This document shows, in pieces, positions 34,124 to 44,651 of a stretch of 64,000 nt of DNA. The notes under the pieces are model-generated. The model was not told the origin of the DNA and ran no database searches. It was given only the letters and a program-made list of their open reading frames with translations. The stretch is taken from the NCBI GenBank assembly GCA_963729205.1, contig CAVSNA010000003.1:1-64000 (forward strand), read 5' to 3'. The stretch comes from an uncultured Thermoleophilaceae bacterium. Its GTDB lineage: Bacteria > Actinomycetota > Thermoleophilia > Solirubrobacterales > Thermoleophilaceae. The position numbers and the translations under genes were made by a program. Numbering within the stretch: the first letter of the stretch is position 1; every line of letters begins with the position of its first letter.

Positions 34124-34161
34124 GCCTTTAAGGTGCGGTCTCAGCCTGTACTCTGTCGCGC

Positions 34162-35187
34162 GTGAGGGCCGCGCAGATGACCGAATACGGGCGCCCGCTC
34201 GAGTTCGTCGAGCTTCCGACGCCCGAGCTCACCGACCCCGATCACGTGCTCGTGAGGATCGGCGGCGCGGGCGTGTGCGCCACGGACCTGCACGCGATGG
34301 ACGGCCACATGGAGCCGGCCGGGGTGTCGCTGCCGCGCGTGCTCGGTCACGAGAACGCCGGCTGGGTGGAGGCGGTGGGCGACTTCGTCTCCACCGTCGA
34401 GGTGGGCGACGCGGTGGTCCTCTACCCGCCCTACAGCTGCGGGCTGTGCGTGCCGTGCAGGCGCGGGCGGGACATGCACTGCGAGCGGCACGAGTTCACC
34501 GGCCTGTCCGTGGACGGCGGCTTCGCCGAGTACGTGCGGGTCAGCGAGCGCTCGATCATCAAGCTGCCGCCGGGCCTCGAGCCCGCGGACGTCGCCCCCC
34601 ACGCGGACGCCGGGATCACCGCCTACCACGCGGTTCGGCGCATGGCGCACCTGATGCAGCCCGGCACCACCACCGCCGTGATCGGCATCGGCGGCGTGGG
34701 ACACATCGCCGTGCAGCTTCTGCACGAGCTTGGCTCGAGCAGGGTCGTGGCCATCGAGACCGACGAGCGCCGGCGGGCCCTCGCGCGCGAGGTAGGGGCA
34801 GACGAGGTGGTGGAGGGCGGAGACGGCGCGGAGGCCGCGCTGCGTGAGCTCACCGACGGTCGCGGGCCGGACGTGGTGATCGACTTTGTGGGCACGGACG
34901 CAACGCACGCCGCCGGGCTGGCCATGCTCGCGAGCGCCGGCACGTACTCCGTGGTGGGTTACGGGGGCACGATCACGCTGCCCTCGCTGATGCTGATCGC
35001 GAACGAGCAGAGCGTGGTGGGCAACCTCGTGGGCAGCTGGACCGACCTCTGGGAGCTCGTGCAGCTGCACGCCGCCGGGAAGCTCGTGCTGCGCACGGAG
35101 ACCCATCCGCTGAGCGCCGTGAACGACGTGCTGGCCAAGCTCCGCGAGGGCGAGGTCACCGGGCGCGCCGTGCTCGTGCCGGGCTGA
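34162..35187 (+). CDS. Zn-dependent medium-chain alcohol dehydrogenase
   Basis: GVCATDLH, GHENAG, CGLCVPCRRGRDMHC, GIGGVGHIAVQL. Intact ORF. Confidence 0.75.
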   Translation: MRAAQMTEYGRPLEFVELPTPELTDPDHVLVRIGGAGVCATDLHAMDGHMEPAGVSLPRVLGHENAGWVEAVGDFVSTVEVGDAVVLYPPYSCGLCVPCRRGRDMHCERHEFTGLSVDGGFAEYVRVSERSIIKLPPGLEPADVAPHADAGITAYHAVRRMAHLMQPGTTTAVIGIGGVGHIAVQLLHELGSSRVVAIETDERRRALAREVGADEVVEGGDGAEAALRELTDGRGPDVVIDFVGTDATHAAGLAMLASAGTYSVVGYGGTITLPSLMLIANEQSVVGNLVGSWTDLWELVQLHAAGKLVLRTETHPLSAVNDVLAKLREGEVTGRAVLVPG

Positions 35188-35246
35188 TTCGCCGGGCGCG
35201 CCTTCCGCGCGCGAGCGCGGCCGGATAGCCTTGCCTCGACCCGCCG

Positions 35247-36537
35247 ATGAGCGCACAGCACAACGACACGAGGCTCTGGCACCCGTTCAGCGACATGAGC
35301 GCGGTGCGGCATGCCGAGCTCGTGATCGATCGGGGCGAGGGGGTCTGGGTGTTCGACGAGGACGGCAACCGCTACCTCGACGCGACGGCCAGCCTCTGGT
35401 ACGCCAACGTCGGCCATGGGCGGCGCGAGATCGCGGACGCCGTGGCGGCGCAGCTCGCGAAGCTCGAGGCCTACTCGATCTTCGGCGACCTGGCCAACCG
35501 CCCGGCGCTCGAGCTGGCGGAGCGCCTGACGTCGCTGGCGCCGATGTCCTCGCGCGTCTTCCTCACGTCCGGCGGCGGCGACTCGATCGACACGGCCGCG
35601 AAGCTGGCCCGCCGCTACTGGTACGAGCTCGGGCAGGGCGACCGCACCGTGATCCTCAGCCGCACGGCCGGCTATCACGGCACGCACGGCTTCGGCACCT
35701 CGATCGGCGGCATCGACGCCAACCGGGTCGGCTTCGGGCCGCAGCTCGAGTCGGCGCAGGTCGCGCACGACTCGGTCGACGCGCTGCGTGCCGCGATCGA
35801 CACGCTCGGCGCGGAGCGCGTGGCGGCCTTCTTCGTGGAGCCGGTGATCGGCGCCGGGCGGAGTCCACCCGCCCGTCGAGGGCTACATCGAGGGCGTGGC
35901 GGAGGTCTGCCGCGAGAACGGTGTCCTGCTCGTGGTGGACGCGGTGATCTGCGGCTTCGGCCGGCTCGGCACCTGGTACGCCATCGAGCGCTGGGACGTG
36001 GTGCCGGACATGATCGTCTTCGCCAAGGGCGTGACCAGCGGCTATCTGCCGCTTGGCGGCGTGATCGTCTCCGACACCGTGGCGGAGCCGTTCTGGGAAG
36101 CGCCCGGCGCGCCGATGCTGCGCCACGGGCCGACGTACTCCGGCCATCCGGTCTGCTGCGCCGCGGCGCTGGCGAACATCGACCTGCTGGAGAGCGAGGG
36201 CCTGCTCGAACGAGCCCGTGAGCTCGAGCGGCCGCTGATGGACGCGCTCGAGCCACTGCTCGCCCACCCGGGCGTGAGCGAGGTGCGGGGCGGCACGGGC
36301 CTGATGGCCGCCGTGGAGCTCGACGAGGAGGTCTTCCCCGATCGCGTGCAGGCCGCCGCGGAGGTGGCCAGGCTGGCGCGCGCCGAGGGAGTGCTCGCCA
36401 GGCCGTTTGCGGCCGGGCTCGCCCTGTCGCCGCCGCTCGTGGTGGACGTCGAGCAGCTCCAGATGATCGCCGACGCGATCTCCGCGGCGCTCGACAACTG
36501 CGCCACGGGTGTAGCCGCTTCGCAGCAGAGTCGTTAG
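35247..36537 (+). CDS. Class-III (omega) aminotransferase, with a frameshift near 35860-35890
   Basis: SLWYANVGHG, LTSGGGDSIDTAAKLAR, LLVVDAVICGFGRLG, FAKGVTSGYLPLGGV (PLP lysine region). Confidence 0.65.
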
Positions 36538-36561
36538 CCTTTTCGCTGCACCTAGCAGGGT

Positions 36562-38000
36562 TTGGTCGCTCTAGGAAGGAGCGTCTACCCCGCCTGGTGT
36601 AGGCAAGGGGTGCAGTTCGTGGGTCGACCAAGAGCATCGTTCGTGGCAGTCGAGGTCGCGCTTTTATCGGCGTCCGCGATCGTGGCCGCCCTGAGCGCCG
36701 GGACCGCCAACTGGAACCTGGGCCTGCTCGCGGTGCTGCTGGCGCTCTCGGTGACGAGCGACGTGCTCGCGCTGGCGGTGCGCGGCAGGATTCGGATCTC
36801 CGGCAGCTTCCTCGCTCTGGTGCTGGCGATGGTCTTCCTCGGCGGCACCCCGGCGGCGCTGATCGCCGTGGCCACGATCCTGATCGGCCGGCTGCGCTGG
36901 CACGAGCCGCGGCAGGCCTTTCTCAACAACCTCGCCACCTACGCCTCGTTCCCGCTCGCGGTGGGCCTCGGCTTCCACGCGCTCAGCGACAGCGCGCATC
37001 TGACCCCCGCGGACGGCGCCTTCTACTTCGCGGTGTTCGGGGTCTTCGTGGTCTCGCTGATCCTCAACTTCACGATGATCGCGATCTACAACTGCGCGCT
37101 CGACGGCAGCTCGTTCCTGTCGAAGGTGCGCTCGGTGCTCGTGCCGGTGCTGCCCACCGAGGTGGCCGCGGCGGGCCTGGCGGTGGGCGTCGCCTACCTC
37201 TACTACAGGCTCGGGATCCGGGCGATCGCGCTGTTCGCGCTGATGCTCTTCTACGTGCAGTACCTGCTCGGCAAGCTGCTCGTGTCCGAGGAGCGCGCGG
37301 CGGAGCTCGAGCGGCGGACCAGCCAGCTGGCGAGCTTCCAGCTGGGCCTGATCAGCGCGCTGCTCCACACGCTCGACCTGCGCGATCGAATGACCGCCAG
37401 GCACAGCGCGGCGGTGAGCCGCTACTCGCGCGAGATCGCGCGTGCCGCCGGCTACTCGGAGCGCGAGCAGGAGCTGGTGCACACGGCCGCGCTGCTCCAC
37501 GACGTGGGCAAGTTCGCCTTCCCCGACCGGATCCTGAAGGGCGGTGCCCAGCTGACCGAGGAGGACTGGGACATCATCCGCGCCCATCCCGCCGAGGGGG
37601 CGAAGATCGTCGAGAAGGTGGAGGGCTACGGCCCGGTGAGCGAGCTGATCCTGGCCCACCACGAGCGCGTGGACGGCCTCGGGTACCCGCGCGGCCTCAG
37701 GGGAGACGAGATCCCCGCGCTGGCCCGCATCATCGCCGTGGCCGACACGTACGACGTGATGACCGCGCGCGACTCCTACCGCACGCCCGGCTCGTCGCCC
37801 GAGGCCATCAGCGAGCTGCGCCGCGTGGCGGGCACCCAGCTGGACAGCCCGCTTCGTGGAGCTGCTGGTGGAGGTGCTGGCCGGCAAGAACCTGCGCTAC
37901 CAGCACGGCGAGGACGCGGACTTCGACGCCGAGCTGGCGTTCGAGCGTCGCGTGCACGAGTACGTGTCGCGCCCCGGGCCGCCTCCGGTTCGCTCCAGCT
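36562..38000 (+). CDS. Membrane-anchored HD-GYP c-di-GMP phosphodiesterase, with a frameshift near 37850
   Basis: An N-terminal region of about 230 aa with six or seven TM helices, followed by HTAALLHDVGKFAFPD...AHHERVDGLGYPRGL (HD and GYP motifs). Confidence 0.6.
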
Positions 38001-38218
38001 GACCCGGGCCATCCCAAGTCAGGGTCCCCGCTCCCACGACTCGGGATGGCCGGCTCGGTTCAGCGAAAAAGCCGATTTGCCTAGGTGTTCCGGAAGCCCA
38101 TGAAACACCTCCTTGCACTTCGGGCTCGAACCGGCGGGCTGTCTGCCCCGCGGGCTCGCGAATTGGGGTACTGCGCCCCCTATACCCGTCTGCAGCGGTC
38201 GCCAAGCGCCAAACGCAC

Positions 38219-39541
38219 TCAACGAACGTTGAGGAAGTCCTCCACGGCGAGCCCCAACAGGTCGCCGATCGCGTCCACCGCGATGTCCGCGGGCGGGTAC
38301 TTCGCGAGCGCCTCGGGGTCGAACGCGTAGTGCCCCTGGCGTGGGAAGACCGTGGTCACGCGGTCGCCCCAGCTCTCCTTCACGGCGGCGAGGATCCGCA
38401 GCTTGTCGTCGACCAGCACGTAGTGCTCCGCGGGCTGGCGCCTCTCCACCTCGGCGAGCTCCTGCTCCTTGTGCACGTACAGCAGCACCTCGCCCGACAC
38501 CGCGTCGAGGATCCCCGAGCGCTGGATCTTGCGCGGCTGGAACACCACGTCGCCGTCGGTGAGGATCACGGCCCGCCCGAACCCGCGCAGGTGCGCGATC
38601 ACGTCGAGCGCGTGCGGGAAGAGGCGCTCGGCGAACGGATAGTCGATCAGGTAGCTCGACATCTGCAGCAGGCCGGTCTCGTGCGGGTAGGCGAGCCGGA
38701 AGCGCTGGAGCGCGCCCAGGTAGTCCGCGTAGCCGAGCTCCGAGCGCAGCTCCTCGAAGTAGGTCCAGTAGCGCTCCTCGCGCTCCTCGCCGAAGGCCTC
38801 CAGCAGGTGACGGCGCAGGTCGGCCGAGACGGAATCGTTGTCGAGCAGCGTGTTGTCCACGTCCAGCAGGAAGACGACGTCGCTCATACCGCGGCTCCGT
38901 GCGCCGACCCGCTCGACGGCAGCGGGCGTGAGCTCGCGCAGGGACCCCAGCACGAGGTCGGCCGCCGCCAGCGCCTCGGGCGCCGGCGGGTAGTCGCGGT
39001 TCGGGATCGCGATCACGGCCATGCCAGCCGCCCGCGCCGAGAGCAGCCCGTTCGTGGAGTCCTCGACCGCGGCGGCGGCGCCCGGGCGCACGCCGAGCCG
39101 CGAGGCGGCCTCGAGGTAGACGTCCGGCGCCGGCTTGCCCGCGGCCACCTCCTCGGACGACACGCTCGCCGCGAACAGCGCCGCGAGCCCGCTCAGCTCG
39201 AGCGCGAGGTCGATGATCTCGCGGTTGGCCGAGGACGCCAGCCCGAGCGGCCAGCGCGCCGACAGCGCCCGCACGGCCTCCACGGCGCCGTCGATCAGAG
39301 GCAGCCCGGCGCCGTAGCGCTCGCGCACCCTGGCGACCACGTCCCGCGAGATCTCGTCGGGTGCGAGCGGCACCCCCAGCTCGTCGTGCATGTAGCGCGA
39401 CCACTCCGGCGAGCTCATGCCCATCATGTCGCGCACGGCCGCTGGGGACCAGCGTCCGCCGCTGTCGCGCGTGAGCGACTCGCGCGCCTCGTTCCACACC
39501 GGCTCCGAGTCGAGCAGCACCCCGTCGAGGTCGAAGATCAC
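38219..39541 (-). CDS. Tandem HAD-superfamily hydrolase ORF. The N-terminal half is a beta-phosphoglucomutase-like HAD, and a second HAD domain starts at MSDVVFLLDVDNTLL.
   Basis: IFDLDGVLLDS (DxDxV motif I) and a second VVFLLDVDNTLLDN in the same frame with no intervening stop. This may be two adjacent genes whose stop was lost. Confidence 0.55.
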   Translation of the reverse strand: MIFDLDGVLLDSEPVWNEARESLTRDSGGRWSPAAVRDMMGMSSPEWSRYMHDELGVPLAPDEISRDVVARVRERYGAGLPLIDGAVEAVRALSARWPLGLASSANREIIDLALELSGLAALFAASVSSEEVAAGKPAPDVYLEAASRLGVRPGAAAAVEDSTNGLLSARAAGMAVIAIPNRDYPPAPEALAAADLVLGSLRELTPAAVERVGARSRGMSDVVFLLDVDNTLLDNDSVSADLRRHLLEAFGEEREERYWTYFEELRSELGYADYLGALQRFRLAYPHETGLLQMSSYLIDYPFAERLFPHALDVIAHLRGFGRAVILTDGDVVFQPRKIQRSGILDAVSGEVLLYVHKEQELAEVERRQPAEHYVLVDDKLRILAAVKESWGDRVTTVFPRQGHYAFDPEALAKYPPADIAVDAIGDLLGLAVEDFLNVR

Positions 39542-39599
39542 CGCCGCCGACCCTCATCGCTCCGCACACTAGCCCGTCTACCGCGAGTACGATGCGCCG

Positions 39600-39932
39600 A
39601 TGGAGGAGGGATACGCACGGGAGTTGCTGTCGCGCGAGCGTGCCCGGATCGAGCAGGCGCTGGCCGACGCCACGCCCGAGAAGCCGGACGACGGGCCACG
39701 CGATGCCTCGGACGACGCGGCCGACCTGTTCGACGAGGAGCTGGGCGAGGGCATCGCCGATCGGCTGCGCGCGGAGCTCGCGGCCATCGAGCGCGCCGAG
39801 AAGCGGCTGGATGACGGCACCTACGGGTTGTCGGTGGAGAGCGGGGAGCCGATCCCCGACGGACGACTGGAGGCGATTCCATGGGCGGAGAGGACGGCGG
39901 CGGAGCAGGAGCGCTACGAGGGGGCCGGATGA
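39600..39932 (+). CDS. DksA/TraR-family protein lacking the C4 zinc-finger cysteines (DksA2-like)
   Basis: An acidic coiled-coil N-terminus, then YGLSVESGEPIPDGRLEAIPWAERT aligned to the YGxCExCGxxI...RLxAxPxAxxC pattern with Cys replaced by Ser/Thr. Confidence 0.5.
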   Translation: MEEGYARELLSRERARIEQALADATPEKPDDGPRDASDDAADLFDEELGEGIADRLRAELAAIERAEKRLDDGTYGLSVESGEPIPDGRLEAIPWAERTAAEQERYEGAG

Positions 39933-41068
39933 GCTCGCCCGGGAACGGATCGTCCTCTCGCTCCTCGCGCAAGGCGCGGGAGCGCTTCGAGTACAGGGTC
40001 GCCCGCGCGATGTCCGCGCTGCCCCCGAAGGCCCAGGTCAAGCTGTCCCGCAAGCCGCCCGTCCGGCTTGACGGCCTCACGCTCGACCCCGAGGTGCAGC
40101 TCAGCCTGGCGATGATGGAGCGCCAGGGCCTCGTTGCGCTCGAGACGCTGCCGGTCGACCAGGTGCGCGAGATCACCCGCGCTCAGGGCCTCCTCTACGG
40201 AGGCCCCGGGGTGGAGGTGGGCAGCGTGCGCGACATCACGATCGACGGCGCCGAGGGACCCCTCGCCGCTCGCCACTACGTCCCCGACGAGGACGGCGGG
40301 CCGCACCCGCTGCTCGTCTACTACCACGGCGGCGGCTGGGTGATCTGCGATCTCGACACCCACGACGCCCTCTGCCGGCTGATCTGCAAGCACGCGGGAG
40401 TGCAGGTGCTGGCGGTGGACTACCGGCTCGCTCCCGAGCACCCGTTCCCGGCCGCCATCGACGACGCTCGCGCCTCGCTGCGCTGGGCGTACGAGAACGC
40501 GGAGTCGCTGGGTGCCGACCCGGAGCGGATCGCCGTGGGCGGCGACAGCGCCGGCGGCAACCTCGCCACGGTGGTCTGCCAGCTTGCCGCTCACGACGGC
40601 GGGCCCGCACCGGCGTTCCAGCTCTTGATCTACCCGGCCACCGACTCGGTGGAGGTGAGCCGCTCGCGCGAGCTGTTCGCGGAGGGGTTCTTCCTCACGA
40701 AGTCGCTTGATGGACTGGTTCGCCGCGCAGTACGTCGGGTCGCAGGAGCGTGGATCCCGCCGATCCGCGCATCTCCCCGCTGCGGGCCGACGACCTGTCT
40801 GGGCTCGCGCCCGCGTTCGTGGTCACGGCCGGCTTCGACCCGCTGCGCGACGAGGGCGAGGCCTACGCCGAGGCGCTGCGCGCGGCCGGCACGCCCGGTG
40901 GTCCTGCGACGGTTCGCCGGCGAGATCCACGGCTTCGTGAACGCGGTGGGCGTGAGCAGGATCGGGCGCGATGCGGTGATCGAGCTTGCGGGCGCCACGC
41001 GGGCGATGCTGTCCACCGCCAGCGCGGCGGTGGCCAGGAGCGCCACGGCCGGCGAAGCCGTCCACTAG
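39929..41068 (+). pseudogene. Alpha/beta-hydrolase fold-3 esterase/lipase (hormone-sensitive-lipase family), with three or more frameshifts
   Basis: LLVYYHGGGWVICDLDTHD (HGGG oxyanion motif), IAVGGDSAGGNLA (GDSAG nucleophile). C-terminal blocks are in other frames. Its ATG overlaps the upstream stop. Confidence 0.6.
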
Positions 41069-41951
41069 CTACCCAGCCAGCGCGGACCAGAGGTACTGCA
41101 GGGCGTAGGCGCGGTACGGGCGCCAGCGCTCGGCGATGCGTGTGGCGGAGGCCGGGCTGCCGTCCTGGCCCAGGCGCTCGAGCGCCCGGCGTACGCCCAG
41201 GTCGGTGGGGATGAACGCGTCCGGGTCGCGCAGCACGCGCATCGAGATGTACGAGACGGTCCAGGGGCCGATGCCCGGCAGCGCGAGCAGGGCGTCCTCG
41301 GCCGCCGCGCGGCCCGCCCTCCGGATCGAGGATGACCTCGCCGCTCGCCAGCGCCGCCGCCAGGCCCAGCAGTGCACGCCGGCGAGAGCCCGGCATCGCA
41401 AGGCGCTCCGGGTCTGCGCCCGCCAGCGCGGCGGCGGTCGGGAACAGGTGGGTGACCGCGCCGACCGGTCGAGCCAGCGGCTCGCCGTGGTCCGCCACCA
41501 GCCGGCCCGCGAGCGTCGCCGCGCCGGCGAGCGACACCTGCTGGCCGAGCACGGCCCTGATCGCCAGCTCCGAGCCGTCCACGTGACCGGGCACGCGCCG
41601 CCCCGGCGACGCGCGCACGAGCGCCCCGATCAGGGGATCCGATCCGAGCTGCCGGGCGATCGGGGCGGGGTCGGTGTCGAGGTCGAGCAGGTCGCGGCAG
41701 AGCTGGGCCGCGGCATCGGCGTCGCGCTCGTCGTCGAGCCAGAGCGTGAGCGGGAGCTCTCCCTCCGCGGGCCGGAGCTCCGCGACCCCCGCTCCGTGCG
41801 GAAGGCGCAGGCTGCGGCGATAGACGCCGCCGTCCAGCTCCTCCACGCCGGGCACGGCGCGCCGGCCGAAGAACGCGAGCAGCGACTCGGCGTCCAGCGG
41901 CTCCCGGTAGCTGAGCCGCAGCGAGAGCGCGCCGTCCGCGCCCGGCCTCAC
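41069..41951 (-). CDS. DNA-3-methyladenine glycosylase II (AlkA-like, HhH-GPD), with a frameshift near 41350-41400
   Basis: N-terminal AlkA-type domain, then [34 protein letters not shown] (HhH-GPD motif) in a second frame. Confidence 0.6.
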
Positions 41952-42175
41952 GCGGCCGCGGCGTCCGGCTTGCAGCGCTTGCAGGCGCGGAACCCGGCGG
42001 CCCTGGCGGCGGCGGCCGTGGGATGGATCGTCACGTTCTCGCGCTTCGGCAGCCGCGACGGGCAGCTCGGGCGGCAGTAGATGCCGGTCGAGGTCACGCC
42101 GACGTAGAAGCGGCCGTCGAAGCTCGCGTCGCGAGTCTCCATCGCCTGGTAGCAGTCGTCGAATTCAATTTCCAT
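41948..42175 (-). CDS. Stand-alone Ada N-terminal zinc-binding (methylphosphotriester acceptor) domain protein, 75 aa
   Basis: DGRFYVGVTSTGIYCRPSCPSRLPKRENV...FRACKRCKP has the four-Cys Ada Zn-site pattern. Its stop overlaps the alkA start by 4 nt. Confidence 0.6.
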   Translation of the reverse strand: MEIEFDDCYQAMETRDASFDGRFYVGVTSTGIYCRPSCPSRLPKRENVTIHPTAAAARAAGFRACKRCKPDAAAA

Positions 42176-42217
42176 GCCCTATCAACGCCGCGCCGCCCCA
42201 GGACGTGAGATCCGGCC

Positions 42218-43723
42218 TCAGGTGACCGCGCGACAGCCGCTCGCGGAGCCGGGCGCGCTCGTGTGCCCATGGCCGGTCGGCGTGACCGTGACGGTGAACC
42301 GGGTCGCTCCGGCCAGCGAGTCCAGCTCGAGCAGGCCGGCCGAGGGCGCGGAGGCCACGCGCGCGCCGCGCACCGACACGCGGTAGCCCTTCGGGTAGAC
42401 GGCCGCCGGCAGGAACAGCGACGTGCACGACCCCGCCCGGTAGCTGCCGTGCCCGGCGGCGCGGCCGCTGGACCAGGAGAAGGTGAGCTTCCTCGTGGAG
42501 GCGTCGAAGCGCAGGCGCAGCGGCGTGCCCGCCACCGCCGCCGGATGCGGCCGCGCCAGCACCGCGAGCTTCGCCGACTTCACGTTCGCGCCGGCTCGGC
42601 GCCGAGCGCGGGTCGAGCACCAGCCCCTCGGTCGCGGGCGGGATGGTGCCGGTGGGGTCGGCGCAGCCGCAGTAGGCCCACTCCGTCCACGGCATCAGCT
42701 GGGCGTCGGCCTCGTTCTCCACGCGCGTGAGCGTGGCGAGGTTGTCGGTCGAGCCGAACTCGGTGAGGAGCAGGGCGTCGCCGGTCTGACGCGAATGGGC
42801 CACCGCGTTCGACATGCCCTTGCGCTCGAGCGGCGGGCAGGTGGGGGAGGTCTCGGCCGCGCAGTAGTCGTGGAAGGAGAGGCCCGCGCGAGCGTCGCCG
42901 AGGTCCGGCAGGTGCGTGGGGCCGCCGAAGTCGAACAGCACGTTCGGCTCGTACCAGACGAGATGGCGCCGGTCCGCCCGGCGTATGGCCGCGATCGAGC
43001 GCCGCTCGAAGGCCGCCAGCTTCTTGTCGAACGCCGGGCAGCCGGCCGGCGGTGGCGCAGGGAGCGAAGTCGGTGCCGGGCCAGGGCTCGTTCAGCAGGT
43101 CGTAGCCCAGCACGTAGGGGTTGTCCGCGAAGCGGCCGGCCACGTGCCGCCATGCCGCCGCGTAGCGCGTGGCCAGGCCCACGCCGCCCGGCCCCGGCGA
43201 GTTCGCCCAGAGGTGGTCGAAGGCGTGCTGGAGCGCCGGCATCGACACGTAGTTGCCGGGAAAGCCGATGCTGGGCGCGTTCGGCAGGCCGTCGTCCTGA
43301 ACCGCCCAGTCCGGGAAGCCCTCGCCCGCGAAGCGCTCGTTGTACTGGTCCTGGTGGAAGTCGAGCAGCGAGTAGACGCCGCGGCGGCCGAGCGCAGCGA
43401 CCGTGCGCGCGATTCCCGCGAGGTAGGCGTCGTCGTAGCTGCCCGGCTGGGGCTCCACGGCGGCGTAGATCACGCCGAGGCGGACCACGTTGAGGCCGTT
43501 GCGCGCGAGGAAGCGGGCGTCGTCGGCGCCGAAGCCGGTGGTCGCGGGGGAGTAGGGCCGGACCTTGTTGACCATGTTCACGCCGTGGGGGATCAGGACG
43601 CGGCCCTGGGCGTCGGTGATCCAGCGGCCGGCATGGCCGAGCGGGGCGGCCGCTGCGGCAGCGGGGGCGAGCGGTCAGCGCGAGGACTGTGGCCAGCAGC
43701 GGCAGGAGCCACCGGCGTGGCAT
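42218..43723 (-). pseudogene. Secreted glycoside hydrolase family 5 protein (endoglycoceramidase/cellulase-like) with a C-terminal beta-sandwich domain, with three or more frameshifts
   Basis: Signal peptide MPRRWLLPLLATVLALTA. GLNVVRLGV, LLDFHQDQYNE, LLNEPW (catalytic acid NEP), LLTEFGS (nucleophile E). Confidence 0.55.
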
Positions 43724-43843
43724 TCGTCGTCCAGGCCGACGGCTGGCGCCGTCGGGAGCTCCTGGACGAGGAAGCCACGCCGGTGGCTCATGAGCGTTAC
43801 CCGCTCACGCCGCTTGCCTGGCTTCAGCCTCGCGGTCAGCCGT

Positions 43844-44600
43844 TTATTCTGCCATCGCCGCGGCGTCGGCGACTTCGACCAGGATCGTGGCGCTCGTCGC
43901 GTCCTCGGGGAAGATCGCCAGGCCCACGCTCGCGCTGAGCGACTCGACTCCGGTGGTCACGCTCGCGATCGCCTGGCGCACGCGCAGCTCCAGGCGTTCG
44001 CCGCCCACGCGGTCGGTCTCCGGGGCGAGCACGTAGAACTCGTCGCCGCCCACCCGGGCGACCGTGTCCTGCTCGCGCACGGCCAGCGCCAGCGCCTCGG
44101 CGACCTGGCGCAGGAGGTCGTCGCCGGCCTGGTGGCCGAAGCGGTCGTTCACCGCCTTGAAGCCGTCCAGGTCGAGCGCCACCACGGCGAACTCGTGCTC
44201 CTGGCGCGCGTGGCGCGCGACCTCGTAGCGGATGCGCTCGGCGAACGCCCGCCGGTTGGCGGCGCCCGTGAGGGCGTCCTTCATGGCGGAGGACTGCAGG
44301 CTGCGCCGCTCGCGCTCGAAGCGCTCGTGCTGGACCCTGACCACCGCCACGCAGCCGCCGCTCACGAGCAGGATCAGGAGCAGCGGGGGCGCCGAGGAGC
44401 CGGCGACCGCGATCCCGGCGATGGTGACCGCCGACGCCGCCAGCGAGGCCTGGGCGAGCGTCCGGGCGGAGGCCGCGAGCAGCAGCACGATCGGGACCGA
44501 GAGCCAGAAGCCGGAGCCGCCGCCGCAGAGGGCGACGAGGAGCCGCCGAGAGGGCGCTCGCGGCGAGCGAGCGGAGGAGGAAGCTGTGACGAGCCGCCAT
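43844..44600 (-). CDS. GGDEF-domain diguanylate cyclase with an N-terminal membrane anchor, with a frameshift near 44480
   Basis: DALTGAANRRAF, ALDLDGFKAVNDRFGHQAGD, RVGGDEFYVL (GGDEF motif). Confidence 0.6.
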
Positions 44601-44651
44601 TGGGTCAGTGTGGGCGCCTATGAGGACGGAAAGCCGAAAGCGGAAAGCAGG

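Noticed and set aside
34141-37887. Minus-strand ORFs of 371, 320 and 407 aa
   Set aside because: They are antisense to the intact Zn-ADH, the aminotransferase and the HD-GYP genes, and have a GC-skewed amino-acid composition.
38019-39814. 516-aa minus-strand and 494-aa plus-strand ORFs over the HAD gene
   Set aside because: Both are alternative frames of the region whose third frame gives two canonical HAD motif sets. Neither has recognisable motifs.
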